This document shows, in pieces, positions 15,604 to 25,100 of a stretch of DNA of 64,000 nucleotides. Source of the DNA: a virus; IMG/VR virus record IMGVR_UViG_3300036770_002724, positions 64,001 to 128,000 of that record. The stretch is one strand, 5' to 3'. The notes under the pieces were generated by a model. That model was not told the origin of the DNA and ran no database searches. It was given only the letters and a program-made list of their open reading frames with translations. A program made the position numbers and the translations under genes. Position 1 is the stretch's first letter. Every line of letters begins with the position of its first letter.

Positions 15604-17097
15604 ATGCCCGAGGGATGGGATCCGACATCAACCGACCGACCGTTGCCTCCGCAGAACGGTCAGGCGGTCAGTCCTTTCATCACGGGCATCTTGGACATCC
15701 GCTGGGATGACCCCGCCCTTCTCGCGGGAAACAGCATCTACACGGTCGTAGGCGTCAACGTCTATCGCTCTGACGCCTCCGACCGTGGACCCTACTTTCG
15801 GCTCAACGCCCTTCCCGTCGGCGGCGGGTTCTACCGCGACCTCACCGACATGGTTCCGGTTCACCGGGAGGTCATCCCCTGGGATACCGGCTGGATCTTC
15901 CGAGGTGACGCCCCTAACCTTCGGCGGTGGACTCTGCGGACCTCGCAGCCTATCGTGAAGGCGGTCTTTCAACCGCCCTACAGCCGGGCGACGCCTGCGA
16001 ACTCGCCTTCTGACGTTACCGTTTACATCAACGGCATCCTCGTTCCGGTCGAGTCGGTTTTCGGTCCCACGGGAGAAGTGACCCTCGTCAATCTGGGGGA
16101 CATCGACGTTGCTCGCCAGAAGATCGACAACCCGGTTTTGCCGACGGAGACGTCCACGGTCGAGGTTTCTTACTTCGCCGCCCAGAACATCGTTCGGTCG
16201 GGCCTCGAACTCCACAGCTACTACCGGCTGACGACGGTCGTGATCGATCCGACGACTCCTTCCGGATACCGGGAGTCGGGTCTAGGCTACTGTCCGCCGA
16301 TCATCAGCAAGCAAACGGAAGCCCTCGATTACATCTGGCGCGAGGCGGTTCGTCGGAACCAGTGGATCGTTCAGCAGGGCGGGGAGCGGGCCAAGATTTT
16401 CATTCGCAGAACCGCTGGGATCCCTTGTACGCACGGCATGGATCCCCGGACCATTGAGTTTGGGGGTCAGCCTTCGATTCGGTGTCAGATTTGCTTCGGC
16501 ACGGGTTTCGTCGGGGGCTATGACGGGCCTTTCGACGTTCTTATCGCGCCGGATGACGCCGAGCGGAAGATCACCCAGACGATGACGGGTCGGCGCAGGG
16601 AGCACACGCAGGACGTCTGGATAGGGCCGAGCCCCGTCGTCACGATGAGGGACTTCATCGTGAAGCAAACGAACGAGCGGTACTCCATTGGGCCTGTCAG
16701 GAGGCCCACCAATCGAGGCGTCTACCTTCAGCAGCACTTTATGATCGGCTCTCTGGACGAGGCGGACATCCGTTACGCGGTCCCCATCGACGGAGTCGAG
16801 AAGTACGCCTGGCCCCAGAACCGCTGGTCTATCGTCCAGACGCCGACCTCTTTCGTGGACGGCTACCCGCCGACCCCCCAGCAGCGCCAGATCAACGGTC
16901 TCACGCCGACTGCCGATCCGTGGCCCCTTGGACCTACGGCAGAGGCTCCGATGGGAACCTCGAACGGTTCCTCTCCGCCCGAGCTTGAGCAGAGAGGCCG
17001 AACGACGGTCTGGTCCAACATTTCTCGCGCTTTCTGGCCTATACTTCTGCTTCCTAGTATGTGGGAGACATTCTGTGCAGTATCTTGGCCCCTGTGA
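15604..17097 (+). CDS. Putative head-completion/neck protein with Ig-like insertion and Cys cluster
   Basis: GGAGGGGG RBS; Fn3/Ig-like N-terminus (DIRWD...GVNVYRSD); C-terminal head-closure-like beta region with C-x19-CQIC.GTGFVGGY; context. Confidence 0.55.
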   Translation: MPEGWDPTSTDRPLPPQNGQAVSPFITGILDIRWDDPALLAGNSIYTVVGVNVYRSDASDRGPYFRLNALPVGGGFYRDLTDMVPVHREVIPWDTGWIFRGDAPNLRRWTLRTSQPIVKAVFQPPYSRATPANSPSDVTVYINGILVPVESVFGPTGEVTLVNLGDIDVARQKIDNPVLPTETSTVEVSYFAAQNIVRSGLELHSYYRLTTVVIDPTTPSGYRESGLGYCPPIISKQTEALDYIWREAVRRNQWIVQQGGERAKIFIRRTAGIPCTHGMDPRTIEFGGQPSIRCQICFGTGFVGGYDGPFDVLIAPDDAERKITQTMTGRRREHTQDVWIGPSPVVTMRDFIVKQTNERYSIGPVRRPTNRGVYLQQHFMIGSLDEADIRYAVPIDGVEKYAWPQNRWSIVQTPTSFVDGYPPTPQQRQINGLTPTADPWPLGPTAEAPMGTSNGSSPPELEQRGRTTVWSNISRAFWPILLLPSMWETFCAVSWPL

Positions 17098-18106
17098 AGT
17101 TTGCGGGAAACTGAACCGAAACTATAGGGCACTGGCAGCACATCTTCGTCACACGTCCGATCAAGCACATCGGGATTTGCTCTTCAAATGGCATCATTGG
17201 CGTTCCGAGTACAGGGCTACTCTTCGTTGTCGAAAGTGTGGTCAGCTTTGGACCACGAAACACAAAGCTGACCACGAAAACAAGCGGTGCCCAAGATGTG
17301 AGGAACTGAGGCGTGTTCTTGGGAAACGTCGATATGAACAGCTAAAGTTTGATATGGTCTCCGACACCCGCCATGTGATGACTGATTCTGGAACGAAGGC
17401 GGGTTGGGACGGGCTGGAAAAACGACATACCGTTTGGGTTATGGGGGATGACCTAACTTGGAAGGTTTTCGAGGCTTTTGAGGAGGGGCTTCCAGTCAAT
17501 AAGGTAATTCATAGCCTGGGCATTACATATCAGGTCTATGCTGACATTTTGATGGCTATTTTAGGTGCGGACGTGTATCAAGCCGCCCACAAAAGACGTA
17601 AGAGATTGGTGGGGTCGGTAAACGTGCAGCGCGCCCATGCTAAGTGGGCTTCCATGTCCTCAGACGACAAGGCTGCGTATTATCAGAAGCATTTCGGTAA
17701 AGGTTCAGCCTTAGAGGCAGGTTTTGCTGGTGCTTTACGTCGTTCTGGGATTACCGATCTATTGCTGAACGTGTGGCAATCTTTGAGTGTGGGGGGTCGT
17801 GTGTGTCCCCGTGAAGCGGACATCAAGATTTCCCTCGAAGACGGTCGAAAAGCGGTCATATTGTGTGACGGTGAGGCTTTTCACGGCCCCAGATTCATTT
17901 ACGGGTCACCAACTGCCCGCATCGCAGAAGACGTTGCAACCGCAGAGGCTTACTTCGATGTAGGCTATTCTGTGTTTCGATATTCAGAAACGGAGATAAA
18001 GTCTGGTTGGGCTTTAGATCATCTATTGGGTGCTCTAATAAGGCTTAGGTCAGGTACGTCGAAGATTTACCGCACTTGGTGTCCTTCGGAAGAACGGGCT
18101 TCTTAG
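17075..18106 (+). mobile_element. Free-standing endonuclease: C2H2/C4 zinc fingers plus Vsr/DUF559-like nuclease
   Basis: GTG 17075 with GGGAG RBS; CEVC...HLRH, CRKC...CPRC; C-terminal ALEAGF...EADI...ILCDGEAFHG...GYSVFRYSETEI. Clearly lower GC than flanks. Confidence 0.7.
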
Positions 18107-18108
18107 TT

Positions 18109-18714
18109 ATGGCGAAGATCCAGATGCGGAGGGTTCGAGGGAAGCCTTGGTCCAAGACCAAGGAGATTCCCTTGACCCCTTCGACGTTGCGGCGTCTCGG
18201 TTATGCCATCGTCAAAGAGTTGAAACGGGAAGCAGCCAAGGACTTCGCCAAACGGGGGTGGTCAGGCGAGGATCCGATGGGAGGCAAGCCGATCTGGGAG
18301 TCCTTCCACTTCAGCGTGAGGGGTCAAGATGTGATCGTTTACTCGACCTTCTATGGGATGAAGGAACTTGCGAAGGGGGACATCCCGGCTCGGAAGATGA
18401 CATGGCTCACGCAGAAGGCCAAAGAGGAGCACCCCTCCCAGTATGCACTCACCGACCGCGAAAAAGAACTCGGTATGAGGGTCACGGGCAAGCCGAGCAA
18501 AGGTGAGCGTCTGCCTCTGATCGTTCCGGTGGAGTCGAACGGGTCCGTTGTTTTTCGGGTCGCGCCGCTTCGTTTCGCAGATGCTTGGGTCCATCCTGGG
18601 ATTGCCAAGTTCACGTTCTTTGGGCGGGCGATACGAAAGGGTCGGGAAGCCTGCATGGAGATCATCGCGGAGGAGATCGCGAAAGCCCTTGCCGAAGGGG
18701 ATCCGACCCGATGA
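18109..18714 (+). CDS. Putative neck/tail-completion protein (HK97 gp10-like position)
   Basis: Basic protein ending WVHPG...FFGRAI...EEIAKAL, a pattern typical of head-tail joining proteins; context. Confidence 0.5.
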   Translation: MAKIQMRRVRGKPWSKTKEIPLTPSTLRRLGYAIVKELKREAAKDFAKRGWSGEDPMGGKPIWESFHFSVRGQDVIVYSTFYGMKELAKGDIPARKMTWLTQKAKEEHPSQYALTDREKELGMRVTGKPSKGERLPLIVPVESNGSVVFRVAPLRFADAWVHPGIAKFTFFGRAIRKGREACMEIIAEEIAKALAEGDPTR

Positions 18715-19313
18715 GAGAAGCGGAGATCACCTGCTTGTGTTCGCCTGGGGTCCAGATTGCGGACCTGGGACTCTCTTTGAAACGTGGGGATGTCATTTAC
18801 CTCTCCGAAGACAAGATCCGTCGGTCGCAGCACTTGGAGACGGTTCGGCGCGCGAACGGGGTGTCCGTCCGATGGGTCGAACGCTGTCGAGAAAAGCGCG
18901 AACCTAAGATCGAAGCTCCCTTCATGGCTCCTGTCTCATCATCCCCTTCGCCTGTTCTGGGGGTTCCCCTTGCACCCATTCCGGAGACTTCCTCTGGGTT
19001 GCCCTTGGATATGGTCGAACTGGAAGCCCTCCTCAAGCGGGTCGTCAGTCCTTTGATCGAACAGGTGTCCGCCTTGCGGCAAGAGATCGCCCAGCGACCT
19101 TCCGTGGTCATGGCCCGTGAGGCGGTTCCTGTTTCTTCACGACCCTCGATTCCCGGGTCGGGTACGGTGGCTTCTGAAGCCCCTTTGTTCATCCCTAGCG
19201 ATCTGGTGAATTCGGGGCTCAAAGCGGACATCGCCTTCGTCGAGAAGGAGCAGTCGGTAGGGGGGCTGGACTCTGCTACTGAGGCTCTGAAGGCGCTCAA
19301 GAAAAAACGGTGA
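18711..19313 (+). CDS. Hypothetical protein: small N-terminal domain, Pro/Ser linker, coiled coil, basic C-terminal helix
   Basis: ATG 18711 overlaps the upstream stop; ends DSATEALKALKKKR; lies 4 nt before the actin-like gene. Confidence 0.65.
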   Translation: MREAEITCLCSPGVQIADLGLSLKRGDVIYLSEDKIRRSQHLETVRRANGVSVRWVERCREKREPKIEAPFMAPVSSSPSPVLGVPLAPIPETSSGLPLDMVELEALLKRVVSPLIEQVSALRQEIAQRPSVVMAREAVPVSSRPSIPGSGTVASEAPLFIPSDLVNSGLKADIAFVEKEQSVGGLDSATEALKALKKKR

Positions 19314-19317
19314 AATC

Positions 19318-20325
19318 ATGTCGGAGAAGATCATCAAGGGGCGCGGCCTCGACATCGGGACGATGAACATCGTAGCGGCTCGTCGGACTTCCAAGGGGGT
19401 CACGACGTCCCGTATGCGGGACGTGTTCCTCGACCTCCCGGCAAGCGCCAAGAAGATGCTCCGTCTCGCGAAGACGAGCTTCGTGGAGCGGGGAGACGAG
19501 GTCTATATCCTGGGGGATGCCGCTCTGGAGACGGCCAACATCTTTGGTCGCGAGCCCCGTCGCCCGCTCTCCGCCGGTCTGGTTTCGGCAGGGGAGACTG
19601 AGGCTCTCGAAGTCCTCGCTCTCCTCATCAAGCACGTCTTGGGCGAGCCTTCGTCGCCGGGAGAGGCTTGCTACTTCTCGGTCCCGGCGGCGCCTATCGA
19701 TCAGCCGGATCGGGACATCGTTTACCATCGAGGGGTCTTTGACCGCATCGTTCGGGACTGCGGTTATCGCCCTGTCGCCTCGAACGAGGCTATGGGGATC
19801 ATCTTCAGCGAGTGCGCCGAAGACGGTTTCTCTGGAGTGGCGCTCTCCTTCGGAAGCGGGATGACGAACTGTGCCCTCGCGATCAACACCATCGAAGGTC
19901 TTTCCTTCAGCGTCGCGAGGGGCGGCGATTGGATCGACGCCGGAGCGGCCAACTCGGTCGGTTCGACCAAGGCCCGTATTTGTGCGATCAAGGAAGCGGG
20001 GGTGGACCTCAACGCCCCCAAGGGTCGAGATCAGGAGGCTATCGCCTTCTACTACAAGAACTTGATTGAGTACGCGCTCGACCAGATCGCGCTCCGCTTC
20101 AAGGCCATGCAAGGCCAGTTTGCCCTCCCTCGGCCTATCCCGATGGTCATCTCAGGGGGAACGAGCATGGCGGGCGGGTTCATGGAGTTCTTCACCAAGG
20201 TTTTTGAGGAGAAGCAAAAGCGGTTTCCGATCCAGGTGTCGGACATCCGGGCTGCCAAGGATCCGCTGAACGCTGTGGCTTATGGGATGCTTGTTCAGGC
20301 CATGCAAGATGACGATGATGCCTGA
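19318..20325 (+). CDS. Actin/HSP70-fold ATPase (MreB/FtsA/ParM-like)
   Basis: Phosphate-1 GLDIGTMNIV, connect NEAMGII, phosphate-2-like LSFGSGMTN, adenosine ISGGTS, C-terminal DPLNAVAYG. Confidence 0.8.
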   Translation: MSEKIIKGRGLDIGTMNIVAARRTSKGVTTSRMRDVFLDLPASAKKMLRLAKTSFVERGDEVYILGDAALETANIFGREPRRPLSAGLVSAGETEALEVLALLIKHVLGEPSSPGEACYFSVPAAPIDQPDRDIVYHRGVFDRIVRDCGYRPVASNEAMGIIFSECAEDGFSGVALSFGSGMTNCALAINTIEGLSFSVARGGDWIDAGAANSVGSTKARICAIKEAGVDLNAPKGRDQEAIAFYYKNLIEYALDQIALRFKAMQGQFALPRPIPMVISGGTSMAGGFMEFFTKVFEEKQKRFPIQVSDIRAAKDPLNAVAYGMLVQAMQDDDDA

Positions 20326-20342
20326 ACGGCGGAGGCGTTGAC

Positions 20343-21557
20343 GTGTACTACCAGCTTTCGGCGGCGCTCAAGAACCGTTTTGTCATGGAGCTACGCCGGT
20401 TCTGGGCGACGCATCCGAAGTACCGAGACCTTGTGGACCGAATCCAGGGCAAGTACAGCTTTCGTGAGCGCCCTCAGTTCGGGATCATCGTCAAGACCTC
20501 GGGGGCCAACAAGATCGATCTCGCCGCCGATAACTACGTCGGTGTCGTCCAGAGCTACACCTATCTGACGCGGGTCAAGAACTCTCCCGGTCTAGCTATC
20601 GAGTGGGTTCGCGAAGACTCCCTGGCGATCCAGCGGAACGATGGGATGTTTCCTTCTCCACCTGGGGTCTACTACATCGAGATCGTGGAGGGTCCGAGAA
20701 CCGCGACCGGGCTGGAGACTCTTCAGTTCTACGTCGACCCCCTCTTGGACGTGAACCACGAACAGGTGATGCAGATCGACGAGACGACGGCGCAGCTTGC
20801 TCACCCTCCATTGGACGGGACGCTGCGGCTGTACGAGTCGCCCTCCGGCTATATGCTTCAAGAGGGCATTGAGTACGTCGTAGACTCCACGGGCCTCATC
20901 ACGATGACTCGTCCGGTGAACCGGGGTCGGTCCTTGGTTGCAGACTACAGGTATCCCATCGACACCCGGGGGCCTTTTCCTTATCACGAGAACACGGCGA
21001 ACAACTCGGCCATCCCAGGGGTGGTCATGGCTTTTGGGCGCCGGGGGGAAAAGGGGGACAAGCTCGCGGTGGTCGTTCACCCGATCCGTATGCCAGCAGC
21101 TTTGGAGTACGGGGGACGCTGGGACGTCAGCCTGGAGTTCGAGGTCATCGCCCGTGATGTCTATGCCCAGCAGGAGATCACCGATCTTTCGGTCATGTTC
21201 ATGCTAGGCGTCCTTCGCACGGCCCTCACCAAAGAAGGCATCGAGATTACCGAGCTTTCGATGGGAGGGGAGAGCGAGGAAGTCTACGACGAGACGGGAG
21301 ACGACTATTTCTACAACGCGACCTTCTCTGCGACCGTCCAGACTGACTGGTCGATCCACGTCCCCCTCGACCTGATGATTCGTGCCGTCACCCCTCTCAC
21401 GAATGAGGAAGCCAAGATCCAGGCGAACCTCCCTGAAGACGAGCAGGAGTCCATGAGTCAGGCGGGGAACATCAGAGTCCTTGAGGGGCTCGGTCTTGAG
21501 GGGCTCACGGATCCGTTTTTCCGGGACCGTACAGCGACCTTTGAGCTTATCCGCTAG
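20343..21557 (+). CDS. Putative tail terminator/completion protein with inserted Ig-like domain
   Basis: Position before the sheath; ...SLEFEVIARD...EITDL...ATFSATVQTDW pattern typical of tail-terminator folds. Confidence 0.55.
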   Translation: MYYQLSAALKNRFVMELRRFWATHPKYRDLVDRIQGKYSFRERPQFGIIVKTSGANKIDLAADNYVGVVQSYTYLTRVKNSPGLAIEWVREDSLAIQRNDGMFPSPPGVYYIEIVEGPRTATGLETLQFYVDPLLDVNHEQVMQIDETTAQLAHPPLDGTLRLYESPSGYMLQEGIEYVVDSTGLITMTRPVNRGRSLVADYRYPIDTRGPFPYHENTANNSAIPGVVMAFGRRGEKGDKLAVVVHPIRMPAALEYGGRWDVSLEFEVIARDVYAQQEITDLSVMFMLGVLRTALTKEGIEITELSMGGESEEVYDETGDDYFYNATFSATVQTDWSIHVPLDLMIRAVTPLTNEEAKIQANLPEDEQESMSQAGNIRVLEGLGLEGLTDPFFRDRTATFELIR

Positions 21558-21566
21558 GGGGCCGTC

Positions 21567-22013
21567 ATGCCTGTGTACCGATGGCAGTGCTTTGAGTGCG
21601 GTCTTCAGTTCGACGCCTCGGCGTCGCTGTCTCAGCGTAACGACAAGAAACCCTGCCCGGACTGTCAGGCTCTCTCTGAGCGCATGGTCCCCGAAAGCGT
21701 CACCGGATTTTTCAACAAGTCCGTCACCGGGCCGGTCCCTCAGAACACGGGCATCTCTCAGCTTGATACCCACATTGATCGGGCCATCGGAACACACGCT
21801 CATCAAGGGTGGGAGGCACACCAGCAGCGCGAAGTGGACAAGCGCAAGACCTTTGCCCACCAAGGGGTTCATAGGGCTCCGCTTTCCAAGAATCCTGATG
21901 GCTCCTACCGGGTGATGTCTGCGAACGAAACCGAAGTCCAGAGACGCGCCCTCAACATTCACGATCTGGCGATGCAGAATCGCAAGGTCGCCAAGGGTCC
22001 GCCCTCTCGCTAA
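21567..22013 (+). CDS. FmdB-family zinc-ribbon protein
   Basis: MPVYRWQCFECG...PCPDC...ERM is the FmdB-type signature. Confidence 0.75.
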   Translation: MPVYRWQCFECGLQFDASASLSQRNDKKPCPDCQALSERMVPESVTGFFNKSVTGPVPQNTGISQLDTHIDRAIGTHAHQGWEAHQQREVDKRKTFAHQGVHRAPLSKNPDGSYRVMSANETEVQRRALNIHDLAMQNRKVAKGPPSR

Positions 22014-22123
22014 TCACCTTATCCGAAGCCCGTTTCAGAGAACCCTCAGTTCTTCCGGCCCCCGGGTCGGCCTGATGCACAACTCTCCTTGGGCTACGCT
22101 TCGGATACGAGAGGATAACCCCG

Positions 22124-25100
22124 ATGGCATTTCCGAATGATCAGTACGCCCCTCCTGGGGTATACACCCAGACCAACTTTGAGAACCCGCTGGCCTCGAC
22201 CCTTGCTTCGGTCAAGGTGCCCGTGATGATCGGGGAGGGAAACGAGTCCCTCTTTCAGCGAAACCTCGAAGTCGTCCGGGGTTCCTCGAAGTCCGTAGAC
22301 ATCTTTGTTCCCCAGGAGGACGAGACGGGTCGGGCGGTCGTTTCGATTTCCCAGACGGGCCAGGTGACCCTCGGGGACTTCGACGGAATCCGCACCCGTT
22401 TCCGGGTCCGCCAGTTTCCCATCGTCACGGGCGACGGGACCGCGACGACCACGAACAATCGGTCGGACGTTCAAGTCACGACGACGAACAATCAGCCCCT
22501 CGTGGTCCTCTCGGTCGATGGCGCTCGGGGCATCATCGAACTGGCCCAGCCCCCGGCGGTCGGTCAGGTCGTCCGCTGCTCTTACTACTTTGACCGGACG
22601 GACACCCTGGCGACCGACAACGTGTCGGATCAGGTGACCCCGACTCCGGCTCTTATCCGAGCCGTCACCGGGATCATCGACGCCAACTCCCCGAACCAGA
22701 CGGGTCCGCAGACGCCCCTCACTTTCTACGGGGACGTCCTGAACTCGCTCGGTCAGGTGGTCGTTCCGGCGAACAACGTCCTCCTGCTTACCGTGGACGG
22801 GGTCGGACGGAACATCGTCATTCCGCCTCGCACCGGGTACACGATGGCTCAGGTGGCTTCGGCCATCTCGGCGGCGGCGGTCGGAACGCTCACCGCTTCG
22901 ACCTTCGTGAACCAGTACGGTATGTCCGCCCTCTCCCTCTCGGCGGACTTTGACATCACCGTAGGGGCAGGGTCGGCTAACGCGCTCCTGGGCCTGGTCG
23001 AAGGGGCTTCGTCGAACCGGACGAATGTCTTTTACGTCTTCAACGGGCCGATCACCGACGGCTCAAACGGCGGCGTGACCACCACCGACACCGCACACGT
23101 CACCGTGAAGGTCGATGGGCGTCAGGTCATCCCGACCAAGGTAGACGGTACGACCCGGGCGGTCACGCTCCCCTACGCGCCCAAGGCGGGCTCGACGGTC
23201 GCGATCACCTACTACTGGAACACTTGGCAGGATACGTTCGATTACCTTGCGAACATCGGGGTCAGCCAGATCACCGCTTGCGGCTTTACCCCGGGCGGTT
23301 CGGACTACATCCAGGGGGCCGACTTCATCCTCAAGGATGACAAGGTCGTCTGGGGTACGGCTTCTTTGGTGGCGGCGGGGGTCAATACCTCGGGGAGCGA
23401 GTTCTTCAACGAGTCGAAGATCACTCCGGTCCTCGTGGACAACAAGACCTTCCTCTCGCCGTGCGACCCTATCGTGGACGTGACCACGGGCGTCGCTTCG
23501 GCGCGGGACTTCACCCTTCCGTTCCAGCCGACCCTCGGAAACGGTCGAGACACTTCGCTCGGCCAGAGCCTTTTCCAGAGCGTCAGCAACGGGCGTATCG
23601 ACCTCCCGGTCAATCGCCCAGACGTGATCGACGCCTACTGGGGCTATGACGTTCCCGACGCTCTCGCTCGCGGGAAGATCAACGTCACCAAGGTCGATGG
23701 TCTGGTCATCACCCTGGAGTCGGATGTCCCGGTGGGGGCGAACGTCTACGCGACGTTCTACTACAACCGGCTGGTCGATCAGGAGTACACGCTTACCTGC
23801 ACGATTCCCGGGGTCTCGGGTGTCGGTCAGTACACGATTCAGGACAATGGCGCGAACGACCTCTTCAACGCCAAGTTCCCCACTAGCTCGAAAGGTTCGT
23901 CGCTCAACGGCGTGACCATCGAGTTCCCGTCAGGCTCGGAGTTGACTCCCGACCTTCGTCACGAGGGGTTGAGCGGGTCGGACTTCATTGGTCCGGTCGA
24001 AGAAACCGTGACCGTCCAGTTCGCCTCTCGGTGGGCGGGTCCGGCTCGGTTCTCCCTTCCGGGTTCGGCTCCATACCAGTTCATCCCGGGCCAGTCGGAT
24101 CGTCTGCGGATCCAGATCGACGGTTCGGATCTCGTGTCGGGCCTTACGGGCGCGAGCCTCAACGCGATCACGACTTCGACGAGCGCGTTTGGCAGCCTCC
24201 TCGGAAACGAGATTGCGTACACGGGCGGGACGGGCGCTACGGTCGGCCTGACCTACAGCCTAGACTCCGATGAGACGGTCAGCCTTCTCATCGACGGTTC
24301 GGATGTCGAGGTCACGGTCCCGGCGGCGAACAACGTCAACGCTAGCGTTTTCGTGGATCGCATCAACGAGGCGGCGTCGGGTCACTCCAGCACGGCGGCG
24401 GCGGGTGCAGCGGCGAACACCGAGATCGTCCTCAACGCGACGCCTCGGTCGAGCATCAACGGCTACTATGTGGGCTGGGTGGTCGTCATCGGTAACGGCG
24501 CAGCCGGTGCCGTTGCGGGTACGACGGCGGTCGTTACCGCGTACAACGGGTCCACGGGCGTCGCGACCGTGGGTTCTTCGCTCGGTGGTATCCCGCTGGC
24601 TCTCGACCCATACCACATCTACAATCCGACGGCTCGAAGCTACCTGAAGGGTGCGACGAAGTTCAGCGGTCCCGTCACGATCACGGCGGGTCAGCACGAC
24701 GACCTCCAGTTTACCTACATTGGAACGCCTTCTGGAACCTTCACGGATACCATCACGATCACGGCGGGGACTTACGCGAGCGTCGCAGCCCTCGTGACCG
24801 AGATCGAGACCCAGCTTGCGGCTTCCATCGGCGGTGCGGGTGCGGCGTTCGCGGGCCTCGACATCGAATGTTCGGCGGACGCCGACGGACGGCTCCAGTT
24901 CGCTATCCAGCTTCCGGGTGCCGATTCGGCGGGGTCGCTCCAGTTCCTCAACGCAGCTTCGGTTGCTCAGGACTTCGCCATCCTCGCCGGACTCGATACG
25001 GCGGCGGCAAGCGGCGGCGGTCAGGCGGCGCTCATCCAGGCTCCGGTCGCGGTCCTCTATACGGTCACTTCGGGCGGTGTCCGACCGTATGACCGGATTA

